A DNA stretch of 35,140 nucleotides, from IMG/VR virus record IMGVR_UViG_3300037459_000090, positions 1-35,140 of that record. One strand, given 5' to 3'. Shown piece by piece: positions 17,452 to 26,885 of this stretch. A model generated the notes under the pieces. That model ran no database searches and was not told where the DNA came from. It saw only the letters and a program-made list of their open reading frames with translations. The DNA is from a virus. Taxonomy: Duplodnaviria > Caudoviricetes. The translations under genes and the position numbers were made by a program. The stretch's first letter is position 1; each line of letters begins with the position of its first letter.

Positions 17452-19889
17452 TACTCTTCTTCTCCACTAAGCATCTGCATCAGTCGCGTGGTTATACCGG
17501 GATCTTCCTCTTCGTTACCGGCAGCTTCACGCAGCTGTTCAATGCCTCGACCTATCAGTGTGTCATCTTGCATGGATTGCTCTTCGGCGAATTCATCAGA
17601 CACGTACACCATGTCGTGCGGATCTGATTCCGTCCATTGCTGTGACATCTGACGTCCACCTGCCATCAACAGCGGAGTGATCTGCTGCATGATAACGTCC
17701 TTCATTCGTGGATCACTCTTGACGTGTTCTAAACGCAGCAACAGGTTACGTACGGGTGCACTTTGATACGCCTGACCTACAGCACCAATCAAACCCAGCG
17801 TCATAAGGTTCATTGCATCCGCAGACTTCTGGGCAAAGCCTCCAGATGCTGCCATGCCGACACCTTTGCCAATCTGTTGGGCTTGTGCCGTCATACGCAA
17901 GTACTCCATCATGCCGTCAAGTTCTACCCGTGCTCTGCCGGGGAAGAATGCCTGCAGTTGCGCTTCGACGTTTTCGCCCTCCAAAAAGCGCAGCACTCTG
18001 GCAGGATCAACGTTTGCTTCAGCTGCTGCAGTTCGACGCCAGCCACCTACTCGCATGGCGTTGCGCAGAATCATCTGCTGTCCTTCATGCACCCCATCGT
18101 CACTGAGATTCCGTACCAGGAGTTGTAACTGCTCGGGATTACCTTCTCTCAGTACACCTCTCATCACCTTCTGATCGACGTTACCCGCTTCTATCAGACC
18201 TGTAAGTGTTTTTGCCTCGGACTTATTGACAATGGTCTCCAGTTGTCGTGTTCCTCTTAACCATCCTTCCGCCGCGTCGGTCCCAGACTCCCGCGCAGTA
18301 CGCTCAAGATCTCGACGAAGTGCAGCAGCAGCGTCATCAAGTAAGACACGTGCACCAGGAGGAGCCTGAGCTGATTCTGCATACAACCGCTCCAACCAAT
18401 CGTTGACGACACCAAAGCCACGACCAAAGTCCTGCCTCTGACCTCCTTGCCACACAGCGTTGCGAGTTTTATTCAGCAGATCGATGACACCTTGGTGTGC
18501 CATCTCTCCGTACCCCTGCTCAGTCTCGATGATGTCTCTGATCCTCAGTCGGAAATCACGCAGGATGACAGGAGTGTCAGCCATCGTGTCAACACCTGTA
18601 TCGATAGCAGTACGAGCTGCGTCGAGTCGTGCCCCTGCATTAGCGTTTATATCTCGCAGGACTGTTGCACCGTAATTGGTGTTCGGATTCAAATTCCAAC
18701 GGTCTGCCAAATTACGCAGGACTTCAACACGTTGGTCTCTCTGTCTAACACGCAGGGCACCAGTACCCGTAAGTGGTAAGCGCTCAACCATCTTCAACAG
18801 AATCATTCGGAACGGAGTGTGCGCTTCTGGCACAGCATCTTGTGTCGTAACAATTGCAGGACGTCCTGACTGTAGAAATTCTTTTGCTTGTTTCGCGTAG
18901 CCCAGTACCTGTGCCTTCGCTTCAGGAATCACACCTTCGATTCCCCGGAAAACATTTTTAAGTCCGAAGAGATTTTCAGGCACGTAGCTGCCAATGAATC
19001 TACCGGTACGTTGAATGAGCCCCATGGCTGGTCGTGCCACATCGACAAGAGGACCAACAGCTGTACTTAGAGCGACATCCATGGGATCGAACTGACCCCC
19101 GGCTTGTTCCTGTCCCGTCTGTATTGCAGCTTCAGTTATCCCTGCCGTGGTTGCACCTAGTGCTACACGACCAGCGACTGCAGGTGCCATCGCAGTAAGA
19201 CGACCGGCAGGAGTAAACATTGCACCGATGCCCAGCATCTGCACTGCATCCATAGGACTGAAGCCGGGACGATTGATAATGGCTCGTGTCCCATTCTCAG
19301 TATTGTTAACGACGATAGCTCCATCAGGGGCTTCTTGAATTGCGAACTGCGGCCACTTACGTTCACCCGTATCAGGATCGATCTGCGTCAGCATCTGTGC
19401 AACTTCCGACGGATCGAACATGGTCATCGCTGCCCCTGAAAGCAAAGCTTTATCCGCAAAACTGAGACCTTCACCGAGACCAGTGCCAACGTGAACAGTG
19501 GACTCGCCATGCTCTATGATGTCTTGCTGCTCCATCCTAAGGCCCATCTTCGAGAAGAATCCCACGTTCGGATCAGCTAGTTGTTGGTCTATTTCTTCCA
19601 TGCGAGGATTCATCTGGTAACTACCCATAAACATTTCGGGCAGCTCTTGGGATGCACGTGACGTACCGGGTTCCATTGGGTATGGAGTGACCTGTTGTTG
19701 CCTTGGGATCTCAAGGCCACCTACCGTACCCGTACGCATTATCTCCATGCCTGCCGCTTCGGCAGACCCGACAGGATCCTGTGCTGCATCACCCAAGAAG
19801 CTCAGGTCAACAGCACGTCCCAGCTCCTCCTGCTCAGTTCCCTCAGGACGTCCCTGTATGATGCCGCCAAATTCGTCGTACTCAGCCAC
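17451..19889 (-). CDS. DNA ejection (transfer) protein, P22 gp16-like
   Basis: INRPGFSPMD...FTPAGR and C-terminal YQSAPVRNLLLRL resemble, from recall, P22-like gp16 proteins; largely helical; last gene of the ejection cluster. Confidence 0.65.
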   Translation of the reverse strand: MAEYDEFGGIIQGRPEGTEQEELGRAVDLSFLGDAAQDPVGSAEAAGMEIMRTGTVGGLEIPRQQQVTPYPMEPGTSRASQELPEMFMGSYQMNPRMEEIDQQLADPNVGFFSKMGLRMEQQDIIEHGESTVHVGTGLGEGLSFADKALLSGAAMTMFDPSEVAQMLTQIDPDTGERKWPQFAIQEAPDGAIVVNNTENGTRAIINRPGFSPMDAVQMLGIGAMFTPAGRLTAMAPAVAGRVALGATTAGITEAAIQTGQEQAGGQFDPMDVALSTAVGPLVDVARPAMGLIQRTGRFIGSYVPENLFGLKNVFRGIEGVIPEAKAQVLGYAKQAKEFLQSGRPAIVTTQDAVPEAHTPFRMILLKMVERLPLTGTGALRVRQRDQRVEVLRNLADRWNLNPNTNYGATVLRDINANAGARLDAARTAIDTGVDTMADTPVILRDFRLRIRDIIETEQGYGEMAHQGVIDLLNKTRNAVWQGGQRQDFGRGFGVVNDWLERLYAESAQAPPGARVLLDDAAAALRRDLERTARESGTDAAEGWLRGTRQLETIVNKSEAKTLTGLIEAGNVDQKVMRGVLREGNPEQLQLLVRNLSDDGVHEGQQMILRNAMRVGGWRRTAAAEANVDPARVLRFLEGENVEAQLQAFFPGRARVELDGMMEYLRMTAQAQQIGKGVGMAASGGFAQKSADAMNLMTLGLIGAVGQAYQSAPVRNLLLRLEHVKSDPRMKDVIMQQITPLLMAGGRQMSQQWTESDPHDMVYVSDEFAEEQSMQDDTLIGRGIEQLREAAGNEEEDPGITTRLMQMLSGEEE

Positions 19890-20010
19890 TTACATCCCCA
19901 ACCAACCAGTTCTTAAATTTCTGCCGCATCGTCAACGGTTTCTTCGGAGGCGGAATCGGACCCTGCTTCAACGTTTTCTTAGATTTCTTCTGGGATTTTT
20001 TGGTCGCCAT
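19882..20010 (-). CDS. 42-aa Lys-rich protein (not in the ORF track)
   Basis: Own translation: MATKKSQKKSKKTLKQGPIPPPKKPLTMRQKFKNWLVGDVSG; TAATG-coupled; fills the gap exactly. Confidence 0.65.
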   Translation of the reverse strand: MATKKSQKKSKKTLKQGPIPPPKKPLTMRQKFKNWLVGDVSG

Positions 20011-21299
20011 TACTCTTCCTCCTCTCCCGCTGATTCTTCCTGAACGGGTTTCTGCCCGTAAGGAGAACCCCAGTGTCCAATGCGGTAGTACTTCGTGCCC
20101 GCGTCTAAATTGTCGTAGTCTTTCTGTGTCTTAATAAAGACAGCACTCGAGTCGAATTCATACCCGTCTGCTGCCTCCCACAAATCACCGACCGCATCCA
20201 TCTCACCAGACTGGTACGCCTCACGGATGCCTCTTCTAATTGCAGTTGAATAGATTGCTTCCATTCGTCTCAGCTGCCGGTAGTTTGCTGTCGTGTTCTG
20301 ACCCAAGCCAACAGAGATACCTTTCATCTCCATGACGTCACGGTCAGACGTGTTACCTTTCAGCTGCGTTAATTTTTGCAGATAGTCTTCTGCGGCAATC
20401 ATTTGCAACTCGGTCAATTCGACCGTGTCACCAAAGTCAATACCCAGCCAGTTCGCCAAGCGATTCTTGAGTGCTTGGAAGCCGCTCGTCTCGATGATTG
20501 TTTCAGCGTCTTCGAGGATGTCATTAGCACGCCTGACGTTGGCTATCGGAGCCCTGAAGCTGTACGCTTCATCGATCATTGCCTGACCTCGACCTGTCTG
20601 TGACTCCGCTGTCTCCGCTGCTGTTATGAGAGCCGATGCACGTGCAGGATCCAACCGGTCAGCAGCCTCAAAGAGGACACCGTCTTTATCTGCCAGGGGC
20701 TCCAGCCCCCACTCACCTGACTCCTGGTCGAGCCTCATGGCACCGAAGACCAGTTGTTGTTCAGCGACGGGTCTGCCCACGTGATCCGGATTGACCATCA
20801 CCTGAATCGCGCCATGAATACCTTTGGCCGAGTTGGCATGCCCAGCCTGCGTAAGCAGTTGATCGATAGCGTTGGCCTCTACAGCGATCTCTTGCGATGC
20901 GAGATCATTCAGTTGCTCGTCGTAGGCTGCTTCAGCCTGTGCACTTTTGCCTCTCTCTTCACGTATCGCACCTGCAGCCATGCCGATGTTCTCACCGAGA
21001 CCACCTGTCCTTGACGGTTGCAACATTGCCTGTCCAAATGCGAGCCACCTATCCTGTGCCTCCCGCTGCCGTGCTTCTTCTCTGCGCGATGAAATTTCTT
21101 CACGACCTGAACGGAGACGCGCCATCGCTTGGTCCTTGTTCTGGATAATCAGCGAAGTAATACTTGGCTGAACGCCTGAACCGGTGGTTCGCGCTACGAT
21201 CTGATCAACAGTGATGGGGGGAGTACTCGCTTCTTCTTCCTCCGCTGTAGCGGCTGCAAGGCCACCTCCTTGGTATGCACGTTCCACTTCTGCTCTCAT
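20010..21299 (-). CDS. Putative internal virion/ejection protein, coiled-coil
   Basis: Ala/Glu-rich helical protein with WLAFGQAMLQPSRTGGLGE; position within the ejection cluster. Confidence 0.6.
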   Translation of the reverse strand: MRAEVERAYQGGGLAAATAEEEEASTPPITVDQIVARTTGSGVQPSITSLIIQNKDQAMARLRSGREEISSRREEARQREAQDRWLAFGQAMLQPSRTGGLGENIGMAAGAIREERGKSAQAEAAYDEQLNDLASQEIAVEANAIDQLLTQAGHANSAKGIHGAIQVMVNPDHVGRPVAEQQLVFGAMRLDQESGEWGLEPLADKDGVLFEAADRLDPARASALITAAETAESQTGRGQAMIDEAYSFRAPIANVRRANDILEDAETIIETSGFQALKNRLANWLGIDFGDTVELTELQMIAAEDYLQKLTQLKGNTSDRDVMEMKGISVGLGQNTTANYRQLRRMEAIYSTAIRRGIREAYQSGEMDAVGDLWEAADGYEFDSSAVFIKTQKDYDNLDAGTKYYRIGHWGSPYGQKPVQEESAGEEEE

Positions 21300-21303
21300 A
21301 ACG

Positions 21304-22551
21304 TCAGTCCTGCTTGTGCTGTAACGTCAGATCATGACCTCCGGCCACACCGACGGTGCGACCGAAATCTGGGTAAAGACTTCGTGCCCAGTCAATCGCT
21401 TTTCGACCAGCTCCTGCGATACCTCGACCTGCTGCCCGTGCTAGTCCACCGATTTGGTAACCGTCTGCATCGACGTAGCCTCCGTCTGCGTATTCCGGCA
21501 CCTCTTCGAACTCTCCGTCGATGACGTAGCCACCTTCTGCTCCTCCTCCACCTCCCATCCCGCGATACACACCGTAGGCACCGGCAAGTTGCGACAGTGG
21601 TGACGGTTGGTAAATGTCCGCCGGTCCATAGCTGGTTGTTTGCTGCGAACTGGTGTACGGCAGGCCTCGAACCATCTGGTTCATGAAACCGAGTCGTTCG
21701 AATGGCAGGTCGCGTTGCTCGCGGAAATCTGCGTACGCAAGATCCATACTTGCCTGATCCATCCCCCGTGTCTGTTGACCGATTGCTTCGAGTGCGGCTG
21801 CATCGGTAAGACCCATGCGTTGTGCCTCTGCACCCATTCGACCCACTCCTTCGGCCCCGGCGTACATTGCCTGAGCACCAGCCTCTTCGAGAGCACCCCG
21901 TGTCTTCGCCAGATCTCCGTAGCGCGCGCGCTCTGCTTCGTAGCGTTGACCCGCTTCACCGTAAGCTCCGGAAAGAGCTGCCAGCTGTTGTCCCTGCAGA
22001 CCTTCAGCGATCTCTCTTACGCCACGTGTACCGATGTCTTGCATCGAACCATAGCCACCACGGGATCCAAACTGCCCCGCTCCGGTGAATGCACCTTGCA
22101 GCTCTGGTATGAATCGTTCTGTGAGTTGACGACCCGACTCCTCTGCCTGACGCGCCAGCACGTTCTGAATGTAGGGGTCCATGTACCGACCGGCAACGCC
22201 GGGATCGGTGAAACTTCCCTGTGCCTGTTGCATGTAAGGATCAGCTGACGCTGCGATGTTGCCCGCACGATCCAGCCCCCCACTGTAGGCTGCAGCACCC
22301 CTTTCGAGGTAGGGCATGTACGAGCCGATGTTCTCCTCGACCAGACCGAACGCATCCTGCTGCTCCGCCGAGAAGTCAGCGATCCTCGGGCCACCGTATG
22401 GGATGTAGGGCTCAGCTGCTGCTGCGTTTGCTCGCGCGATCAGTCCCTGCGTGTAGTCCGACATCCACTTCGGGATGTTGTCCACAGTCGTCCCATAGGT
22501 TGTGACAGATTGCGGAGGCTTGCCCTCAAATAGGAAATCTTCGATAGCCAT
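21304..22551 (-). CDS. Putative internal virion/ejection protein
   Basis: PYIPYGGPRIADFS, YMDPY, AFTGAGQFGSR and PSPLSQLAG motifs recalled from environmental podovirus internal proteins; Ala/Gly/Gln-rich. Confidence 0.6.
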   Translation of the reverse strand: MAIEDFLFEGKPPQSVTTYGTTVDNIPKWMSDYTQGLIARANAAAAEPYIPYGGPRIADFSAEQQDAFGLVEENIGSYMPYLERGAAAYSGGLDRAGNIAASADPYMQQAQGSFTDPGVAGRYMDPYIQNVLARQAEESGRQLTERFIPELQGAFTGAGQFGSRGGYGSMQDIGTRGVREIAEGLQGQQLAALSGAYGEAGQRYEAERARYGDLAKTRGALEEAGAQAMYAGAEGVGRMGAEAQRMGLTDAAALEAIGQQTRGMDQASMDLAYADFREQRDLPFERLGFMNQMVRGLPYTSSQQTTSYGPADIYQPSPLSQLAGAYGVYRGMGGGGGAEGGYVIDGEFEEVPEYADGGYVDADGYQIGGLARAAGRGIAGAGRKAIDWARSLYPDFGRTVGVAGGHDLTLQHKQD

Positions 22552-24482
22552 TACGCTCTCCCTGCTTCCGTCATCGCCCTACGGAGTCTTGCCATGCCGC
22601 CACCTGCCATGTATTGGTGTGGTTGCTTCGCCTTGTGGCTGAAGCCCCCCTTCCCCAGGTTCGTGGCTTTGTGCTTGCGCAGATTCCGACGCATCGTGTC
22701 GAGCTGTCGAGCCCCGGCATCCCCGGAACCGTCACCCAAGAGTGCCACCGATTCTGCGTCCATGACGTACTCACCGTCACTCAGGCGGGCCGGAATGTCG
22801 TCTGACCTACCAGTGCCCTGCCCTTTAACATAACGTCCTGACGCGGCCACTGAGGGCGCTGCACGTGGGACATCGGCATTCTGGGACCAGTAGTCGAACT
22901 CGCCCCCGCGTTGGTAGCCCCCACGGGCCTGCGGCAGTCCCTGTCCCAGCTGTGCTGGTGGCATCCAGTCGCCCGTGTTGGGATCTTGCGTGTAGCCTGC
23001 CATCTGCAGTTGACCTCCTCCCGTTCCGACCATGGCGGCTGGAACCATCTGACCGGCAGCAATCATCTGGGCAACGGGATCGCTACCTCCCAAGCCCCCG
23101 GCTGGACCTGGACCAGGAGCCACCGTTGGCGTGCCGGTCTCTCCGGCGAAAGGATCAGGAGAGGTGAACAGGTGCTGTCCTGATTGTGGCGCACCTTGCT
23201 GTCCGTACGTGTAGTAATCCTCTTCACTACCGAGACCCTGGAACTGCCGGTCCATGTTGTAGACAGGCAAGTTTTCCAGGAAGTCTGGGGGCATCTCGGG
23301 TTGCGCGTACTCTTCTTCTCCGCCTCCACCTCCCATTGTGCCCGCCATCATCATTGCCGGGAGGGCATAGTCCATCAAATTTATACCTTCCTTTCCGGGA
23401 GTAACGTCCGGAGCAGGAGCTACACCCGAAGTTGCAGCAGCAGCTGCCACAGGGTCTACTGTCGGAGCAGCAACGGCTTCAGCGCCACCAATGTGTTGAG
23501 GACTGCCGTAATCCGCCAGATCAATTTCCTCAATCGTCGTCGGGACTCTCTCCGCCATGATGCCACCAGCTGCCGGATCCTGAAGGCCCATCATTTCCTG
23601 GCCTTTCGCAGTGATACCTTCCAGCGCAGGCTTCAGGACAGCCTGAGTCAGACCTCCTTGGATTGCGCCTGAGACGAAATCACCACCGGTCAGCTCAGCA
23701 GCTGTGCCGCCTGCCAGTGCTGAGCCAGCGATTGCTGCCGTAGCGTCAGACATGCCGGGAGCAACTTTCTGAAGTGCACCACCTGCGATATCTCCCAGAC
23801 CTCCTGTGATCGCACCGGTAAGGGCTCCCTTCACGAAGTCACCACCACCCGCTGCACTCAGTCCGCCCTGAATCAGAGAGTTACCGATTACGGTCGCCGC
23901 AGTACCAGAGGCTCCGAACACACCACCAATGGCAGCGCCGAGACCCGGAACGAAGATCGACAACGCGATGGGGGCAACGATCTGGAAAATCTTTGACTTA
24001 ACAATCCTCTTCACAGTTTTCTTAACTTTTTTCCAGGCTCTGCTGAGGAATCCGTACTCCCCGATGCCCGTGTTGGGATTGATTGTCGCCTTACCCCACA
24101 TCTTTTCGATAACTTGGGCCTCATCAGGGGTAACGTGCAGCATCATGGAGTCATCACCACGCCCTGCTTGTCGGGTTCTCTCTGCTGCGTCTCGGACAGA
24201 TCCACCTTTGGCACGACGAACAGCTCCACCCATGTTGAAAAGACGGATCTTCTTAGCATCCCCCTTCGATACACCTGCGCCTTTCATCAGATCTTCCGCC
24301 GCAACGGTGTAGAGCAGCTCCATGCCACCCGGCATCTCCTCGATTTCTGCCACCTCTTTGAGCATTTTTGGGTCTGCACCCTGCTGCGCGAGCAGTTGTC
24401 CCAAGCCGCCTTGAGGCTGGAGAGTAGACATGATTTCACTCTCTCGAGAATTTGGTCTGCGTGCGTTTCGTTTGTTTGCCAT
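22551..24482 (-). CDS. Putative internal virion/ejection protein with Gly/Ala hydrophobic helices
   Basis: GRGDD...TINPNTGIGEY module, hydrophobic Gly-zipper region, and a C-terminal GTGRSDDIPARLSDGEYV module. Confidence 0.6.
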   Translation of the reverse strand: MANKRNARRPNSRESEIMSTLQPQGGLGQLLAQQGADPKMLKEVAEIEEMPGGMELLYTVAAEDLMKGAGVSKGDAKKIRLFNMGGAVRRAKGGSVRDAAERTRQAGRGDDSMMLHVTPDEAQVIEKMWGKATINPNTGIGEYGFLSRAWKKVKKTVKRIVKSKIFQIVAPIALSIFVPGLGAAIGGVFGASGTAATVIGNSLIQGGLSAAGGGDFVKGALTGAITGGLGDIAGGALQKVAPGMSDATAAIAGSALAGGTAAELTGGDFVSGAIQGGLTQAVLKPALEGITAKGQEMMGLQDPAAGGIMAERVPTTIEEIDLADYGSPQHIGGAEAVAAPTVDPVAAAAATSGVAPAPDVTPGKEGINLMDYALPAMMMAGTMGGGGGEEEYAQPEMPPDFLENLPVYNMDRQFQGLGSEEDYYTYGQQGAPQSGQHLFTSPDPFAGETGTPTVAPGPGPAGGLGGSDPVAQMIAAGQMVPAAMVGTGGGQLQMAGYTQDPNTGDWMPPAQLGQGLPQARGGYQRGGEFDYWSQNADVPRAAPSVAASGRYVKGQGTGRSDDIPARLSDGEYVMDAESVALLGDGSGDAGARQLDTMRRNLRKHKATNLGKGGFSHKAKQPHQYMAGGGMARLRRAMTEAGRA

Positions 24483-24486
24483 GGTC

Positions 24487-24741
24487 CTATCCCATAAAAG
24501 CTTGCGTGTTGAAGAGCCGCTCAGCCCAGTCTTTCCACGTGTCGAACATTACCGGGTCCGGTGAATCTTGCCCTAACTGATCCTGTGAGCCAACGATGAC
24601 GAGAGCCCAATCCTGCCACGTGTCGCCCGTCTCTGGCTTATAAATCAAAAAACTGGGCACATCCTCATTGATCAGGAAAGCCATCTGATCAGCCCAGCCT
24701 GCAAAATCGTCGTCACGAAAACCCTGCGGATGGATGATCAT
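24487..24741 (-). CDS. Trp-rich hypothetical protein in the tail module
   Basis: WADQ...WQDWA...PDP..F..WKDWAERL; ATGA-coupled. Confidence 0.7.
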   Translation of the reverse strand: MIIHPQGFRDDDFAGWADQMAFLINEDVPSFLIYKPETGDTWQDWALVIVGSQDQLGQDSPDPVMFDTWKDWAERLFNTQAFMG

Positions 24742-26300
24742 GATTCCACCCTTCCGTCTGCAGGTTCGAGGTGCGCGTACGTCTTGCCCAGTTCGTAGTT
24801 GCCTCCACCTATATTCGATTCAAACTTGAAGCTCATCAGTCGCTTGATCTCTTTAAACTTCACGGTCTCTTCGTCAGGTGTGGACGGTGTCGCAAAAATT
24901 GTTTCTGTTGCTCCATCGACGACGTCGGCTTTGGCGTTCGCACGACCACGCACCGTTAAGGTCATGTTACCTGTCTGCACGAGGTCAGGTTCAACCCTGG
25001 CAACGCTCAAAGCCTGTTCTGGTATTTGCTGGTCGAGTAATGCGAACTCGTGCGTCTCGAAGAAGGACTGCACAGCGCTGATTGAGGTGGTGCGAATCTT
25101 GTCGAAGGCAGTCTCGTGCTGCCAGAGCGTGCGACCGTTTGGCATTACCTCGTTGTCCACCATGAAGGGACGTTGGTACACGTCAGCGTAGATGGCTGCA
25201 GTGCGTCCTTGAGTGAGATCATCGCTGTCAGGCAATGCTGTGTCGTACCACGTGTTCTCACGTACGTTGAAAATCAAAGCGTGGGTGCACTCAGTTGCAG
25301 AGCCACGTGGGTAACACCACCACAATTCACTGTAGCGCGGGATCTTAAAACCGAAACACTTGTTGCGGTGTGTGAAGTTGATGTTGTCGAAGAACCAGTT
25401 CTGGTTCATGTTGTTGGGCAGCTCACGCACAACACCATTGAACAGCAAGAAGCGATCAATACCGGGCCAATAGTAAACACCATCCATCTCGATGATGCCT
25501 TGCGAACTCAAGACCGAGATACCTCGGGCAATGATGTCAAAGGCGAAGTCCGGAGGACCCCCCTGCACGAACGTTCCCCGGATGAGAGAATCAAGTGCCC
25601 ACAGTAAAACAGCGGGACCGGTACCAGCACCTCGAAGAGGGAACCCCTTGACGATCTTCTGCGTACCCAGATTAAATTCGATAGGTATATCATTCACGTT
25701 GTTGGCCCCTGACTGCTTGATGAGTCCTCGACTACCAAACGCGAACAGATAAACCCCGGTAACTACGATGCCCCCGCTGACAGGTCCAAACGTTCCGGTG
25801 TTCCATCCGGTACTTGGATCGGTATTCAACCCCGTCTCGCTGAGGACAGTCTGAGCATCAATCGTATCGATGTAGATGTTTCCACCAACCTCATTATCGA
25901 TGTCCAGTACGTTCGGTGCGGCATGTGCAACCAGAAGATGGTTACCGGTACCTCCGGTGTCAGCAAAGATCTGGAATTGCCACAGGTTGTTGATGTCCGT
26001 CATGAATGCCACAGGGGTACGATCAGTGAAAATACTCAACGTACCATTCGAAACCTGATACTGACCGATAGTCAGTGGATGCCCCAAGTGCAGGAACTGA
26101 ATATTGTTTGTGGAGTAGGAATGCATGCCACGTGTTATTTCAGGTACCGTGTCGGTGACCTGTTGATAGCCTCCCATCTTCTTGGGGAAGCCACGTTGAA
26201 ATCTGCACCACCTACCATCGACGTAGTGCTCGTTATCGAAACGGGTACTGTCCCGTTTAATACCGGGAGCTGATGCTAAGCGTGCAGGTTGGTGGGCCAT
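24738..26300 (-). CDS. Tail nozzle/stabilisation protein (P22 gp10 or tail tubular protein B analogue)
   Basis: ~520 aa, beta-rich; PGIKRD...WCRF..G.PKKMGGY at the N-terminus and ELWWCYP...NVRENTWY; lies between the adaptor/fibre genes and the ejection genes; start ATG 26300. Confidence 0.65.
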   Translation of the reverse strand: MAHQPARLASAPGIKRDSTRFDNEHYVDGRWCRFQRGFPKKMGGYQQVTDTVPEITRGMHSYSTNNIQFLHLGHPLTIGQYQVSNGTLSIFTDRTPVAFMTDINNLWQFQIFADTGGTGNHLLVAHAAPNVLDIDNEVGGNIYIDTIDAQTVLSETGLNTDPSTGWNTGTFGPVSGGIVVTGVYLFAFGSRGLIKQSGANNVNDIPIEFNLGTQKIVKGFPLRGAGTGPAVLLWALDSLIRGTFVQGGPPDFAFDIIARGISVLSSQGIIEMDGVYYWPGIDRFLLFNGVVRELPNNMNQNWFFDNINFTHRNKCFGFKIPRYSELWWCYPRGSATECTHALIFNVRENTWYDTALPDSDDLTQGRTAAIYADVYQRPFMVDNEVMPNGRTLWQHETAFDKIRTTSISAVQSFFETHEFALLDQQIPEQALSVARVEPDLVQTGNMTLTVRGRANAKADVVDGATETIFATPSTPDEETVKFKEIKRLMSFKFESNIGGGNYELGKTYAHLEPADGRVES

Positions 26301-26626
26301 TACCAGATGTTCTCGTCGTGCCATTCCATAAATTTGGCGATTACCCAGTCAACCCACACCTGAGCTGACTCGCTCACTTCGCCCTCGAACTTGAGTTGCT
26401 TGTCCTCGTACCAGAACTTACCGATGGTCTTGCCATCCAGATCGAATGTGATGTTGAAGTCAGGTCTGCCTCTTAATACATTGAAGTCCTCTATAGGTAC
26501 AGGATCAGGGCTATCATGCTGGCGTAAGCTATCCTCAAGGGTGTGCTTCTCGCGCAGCGCCTCCTGAATGTATTTAGGCAGCACAAAAAAAGGTCCAAGA
26601 TCAAGGCCACCATTAACTTTGCTCAC
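26300..26626 (-). CDS. Hypothetical protein, paralogue of 26613..26885
   Basis: GTG 26626 after AAGGAG; its C-terminal ~55 aa align with those of the neighbouring gene. Confidence 0.65.
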   Translation of the reverse strand: MSKVNGGLDLGPFFVLPKYIQEALREKHTLEDSLRQHDSPDPVPIEDFNVLRGRPDFNITFDLDGKTIGKFWYEDKQLKFEGEVSESAQVWVDWVIAKFMEWHDENIW

Positions 26627-26885
26627 GGTAGTACCACTCCTTGAATTTATGCCACATGAACTCAGCGAAAATCCTGCCTGACGTCTGGAAGCTGCCATCG
26701 AAGTGTAGCTTGTTGTCTTCGTAGATCAGACGACCACACTCCTCGTCACCAAACTTCATCACAAGATTGAAGTGCGGATCACCCTTCTCCCTTTCTCTAG
26801 TCTTGTACAGATGTGGCGGCACTCCGTACGTACCGGGAGTGTGAGGCAATGGTCTGACGCTAAAAGGCTTCATGAAGTTATCCAC
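26613..26885 (-). CDS. Hypothetical protein, paralogue of 26300..26626
   Basis: P-x-FN...G..xYED..L.F.G....S......KF.EW pattern shared with the neighbour. Confidence 0.65.
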   Translation of the reverse strand: MDNFMKPFSVRPLPHTPGTYGVPPHLYKTREREKGDPHFNLVMKFGDEECGRLIYEDNKLHFDGSFQTSGRIFAEFMWHKFKEWYYREQS

